Part shown: piece after piece, positions 62,345 to 63,550 of the stretch
How positions within the stretch are numbered: the first letter of the stretch is position 1
How the letters are laid out: each line of letters begins with the position of its first letter
DNA from: Negaprion brevirostris
Taxonomy: Eukaryota
Assembly: GCA_030324005.1 (NCBI GenBank)
Contig: JARDVH010000042.1
Location: 74,814,512 to 74,878,061 of the forward strand
Direction of reading: 5' to 3'
Length of the DNA stretch: 63,550 bases
Position numbers and translations under genes: made by a program
The notes under the pieces: model-generated
The model's input: the letters and a program-made list of their open reading frames with translations, nothing else
Database searches by the model: none
What the model was told of the DNA's origin: nothing

Positions 62345-63550
62345 CAGCATCTCACCAAACCTCTTTTTTTTAATTCATTCAAGGGATGTGGGCTTCACTG
62401 GCTAAGTGGGTATTTATTGCTCGACCCTAATTGTCCTTGAGAAGTTGGGGGTGAACTACCTTCTTGAATCACTGCAGTCTATATGGTTAGGTACAGCCAC
62501 AAAGGTGTTAGGCATGGAGTTCCAGGATTTTGACCCAGTGAAAGTTAAGGGACAGCAATATATTTCCAAGTCAGGGTGGTGAATGGTTTGAGGGAGATTT
62601 CCCAGGTGGTGGCATTCACAGGTATCTAATGCCGTCATCTTTCTGGAAAGTAGTGATTGTGAGTTTTGGAAATACTGTCTAAAGGAGATTTGGTGAGTTC
62701 TTGCAGTGCATCTTGTAGGTGGTACACACTGCTGCTTCTGTGCGTTTGTGGTGGAGTGCCAATCACTGAGCTGCTCTGTCCTGGATGGTGTCAAGCTTCT
62801 TGACTGCTGTTGCAGCTCCAGGCAAGCAATATTCCATCACATGTCCCTTTGTCCCTTTGCAGATTGTGGACAGGCTTTGGGGAGTCAGGAGGTGAGTTAC
62901 TCACCTCAGGATTCCTAGCCTCTGACTTCTTTGGACATGGACTCTGTCCATATCTGAGAAGATGTGAATCTTCCCCACAGCTGACCTTAGGATGCAAGAA
63001 AGGTCATTGATAAAGCAGCTGAAGATGATTGGCCTTAGGGAATTGCCCTGAGGAACCCCTTCGACAGCAATTTCAAAGCATGACCTCTAATACCTAGAAG
63101 CACTAGGGCATAAGAACACCTGCATCTACACCTACATTCCTCTCTAAGTCACACACAATCTTTACTTGAACTACATCACCATTCCTTGACTGTTGCTATA
63201 TCAAAATCCTGGAACACCCTCCCTATCAGTATTGTGGCTGTATCTACACCGCAGTGATTCAAGAAGGCAGCTAACTTTCTGAAGGGTAGTTATAGAGGGC
63301 AATAAATGTTGGCTTTGCCAGCGGCTCTCACATCCCCAGAACAATTTTTAAAAATGCCTCATAGCCAACAATCTGTTTCCACATAGTAATGGACAACCTC
63401 CCCCCCTATCTCTTCCTTTTTCGTTTTCCTTCTAATCATGTCCCTTTGGCTCCTGAAGGTACTTCTTTTTATGCATTCATGGGACATGGGCATCACTGGC
63501 TGACCAGCATTTATTGCTCATCCCTAGTTGACCTTGTTCAGAAGGCAGTT
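62345..63550. mobile_element. Cluster of CR1-group LINE 3' ends (62345-63060 minus, 63060-63355 plus, 63455-63550 minus)
   Basis: Repeated tail gggcaataaatgxtggc...cacatccc...aaaaa; peptide TGSKSWNSMPN. Confidence 0.75.

Noticed and set aside
1-63550. CRISPR arrays, operons or other prokaryotic/viral systems
   Set aside because: No regularly spaced repeat-spacer array or dense ORF organisation is seen; the window is intron-rich vertebrate DNA.

Overview
Vertebrate genomic DNA, almost certainly a shark (HE1-type V-SINEs, a Deu-domain SacSINE-like element, shark-type CR1 and Penelope repeats), from a gapped draft assembly. It contains one protein-coding gene, LRRC2 (+ strand). I traced 8 coding exons by hand: 18137-18261, 24340-24565, 25824-25980, 37021-37157, 43866-44011, 46976-47128, 50170-50306 and 51357-51406. 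All introns are GT-AG, the phases are compatible, and the exons total 1131 nt = 376 aa + stop. The rest is nested, decayed transposable elements: CR1/L2/Rex1-like LINEs, several SINE families, Penelope-like elements, a Tigger transposase, Harbinger transposase/Myb remnants and MITEs, a Gypsy integrase, a Copia-like gag and solo LTRs. The most interesting non-genic signal is a set of short Penelope-derived modules carrying minimal hammerhead ribozyme motifs. One has an intact core in sense orientation in an LRRC2 intron, one is a 174-bp foldback, and one is a 138-bp stand-alone copy with an apparent target-site duplication. There is also a 1.65-kb long-TIR element with an 11-bp TSD. Family names rest on recalled consensus motifs, not database searches, and repeat boundaries are approximate.
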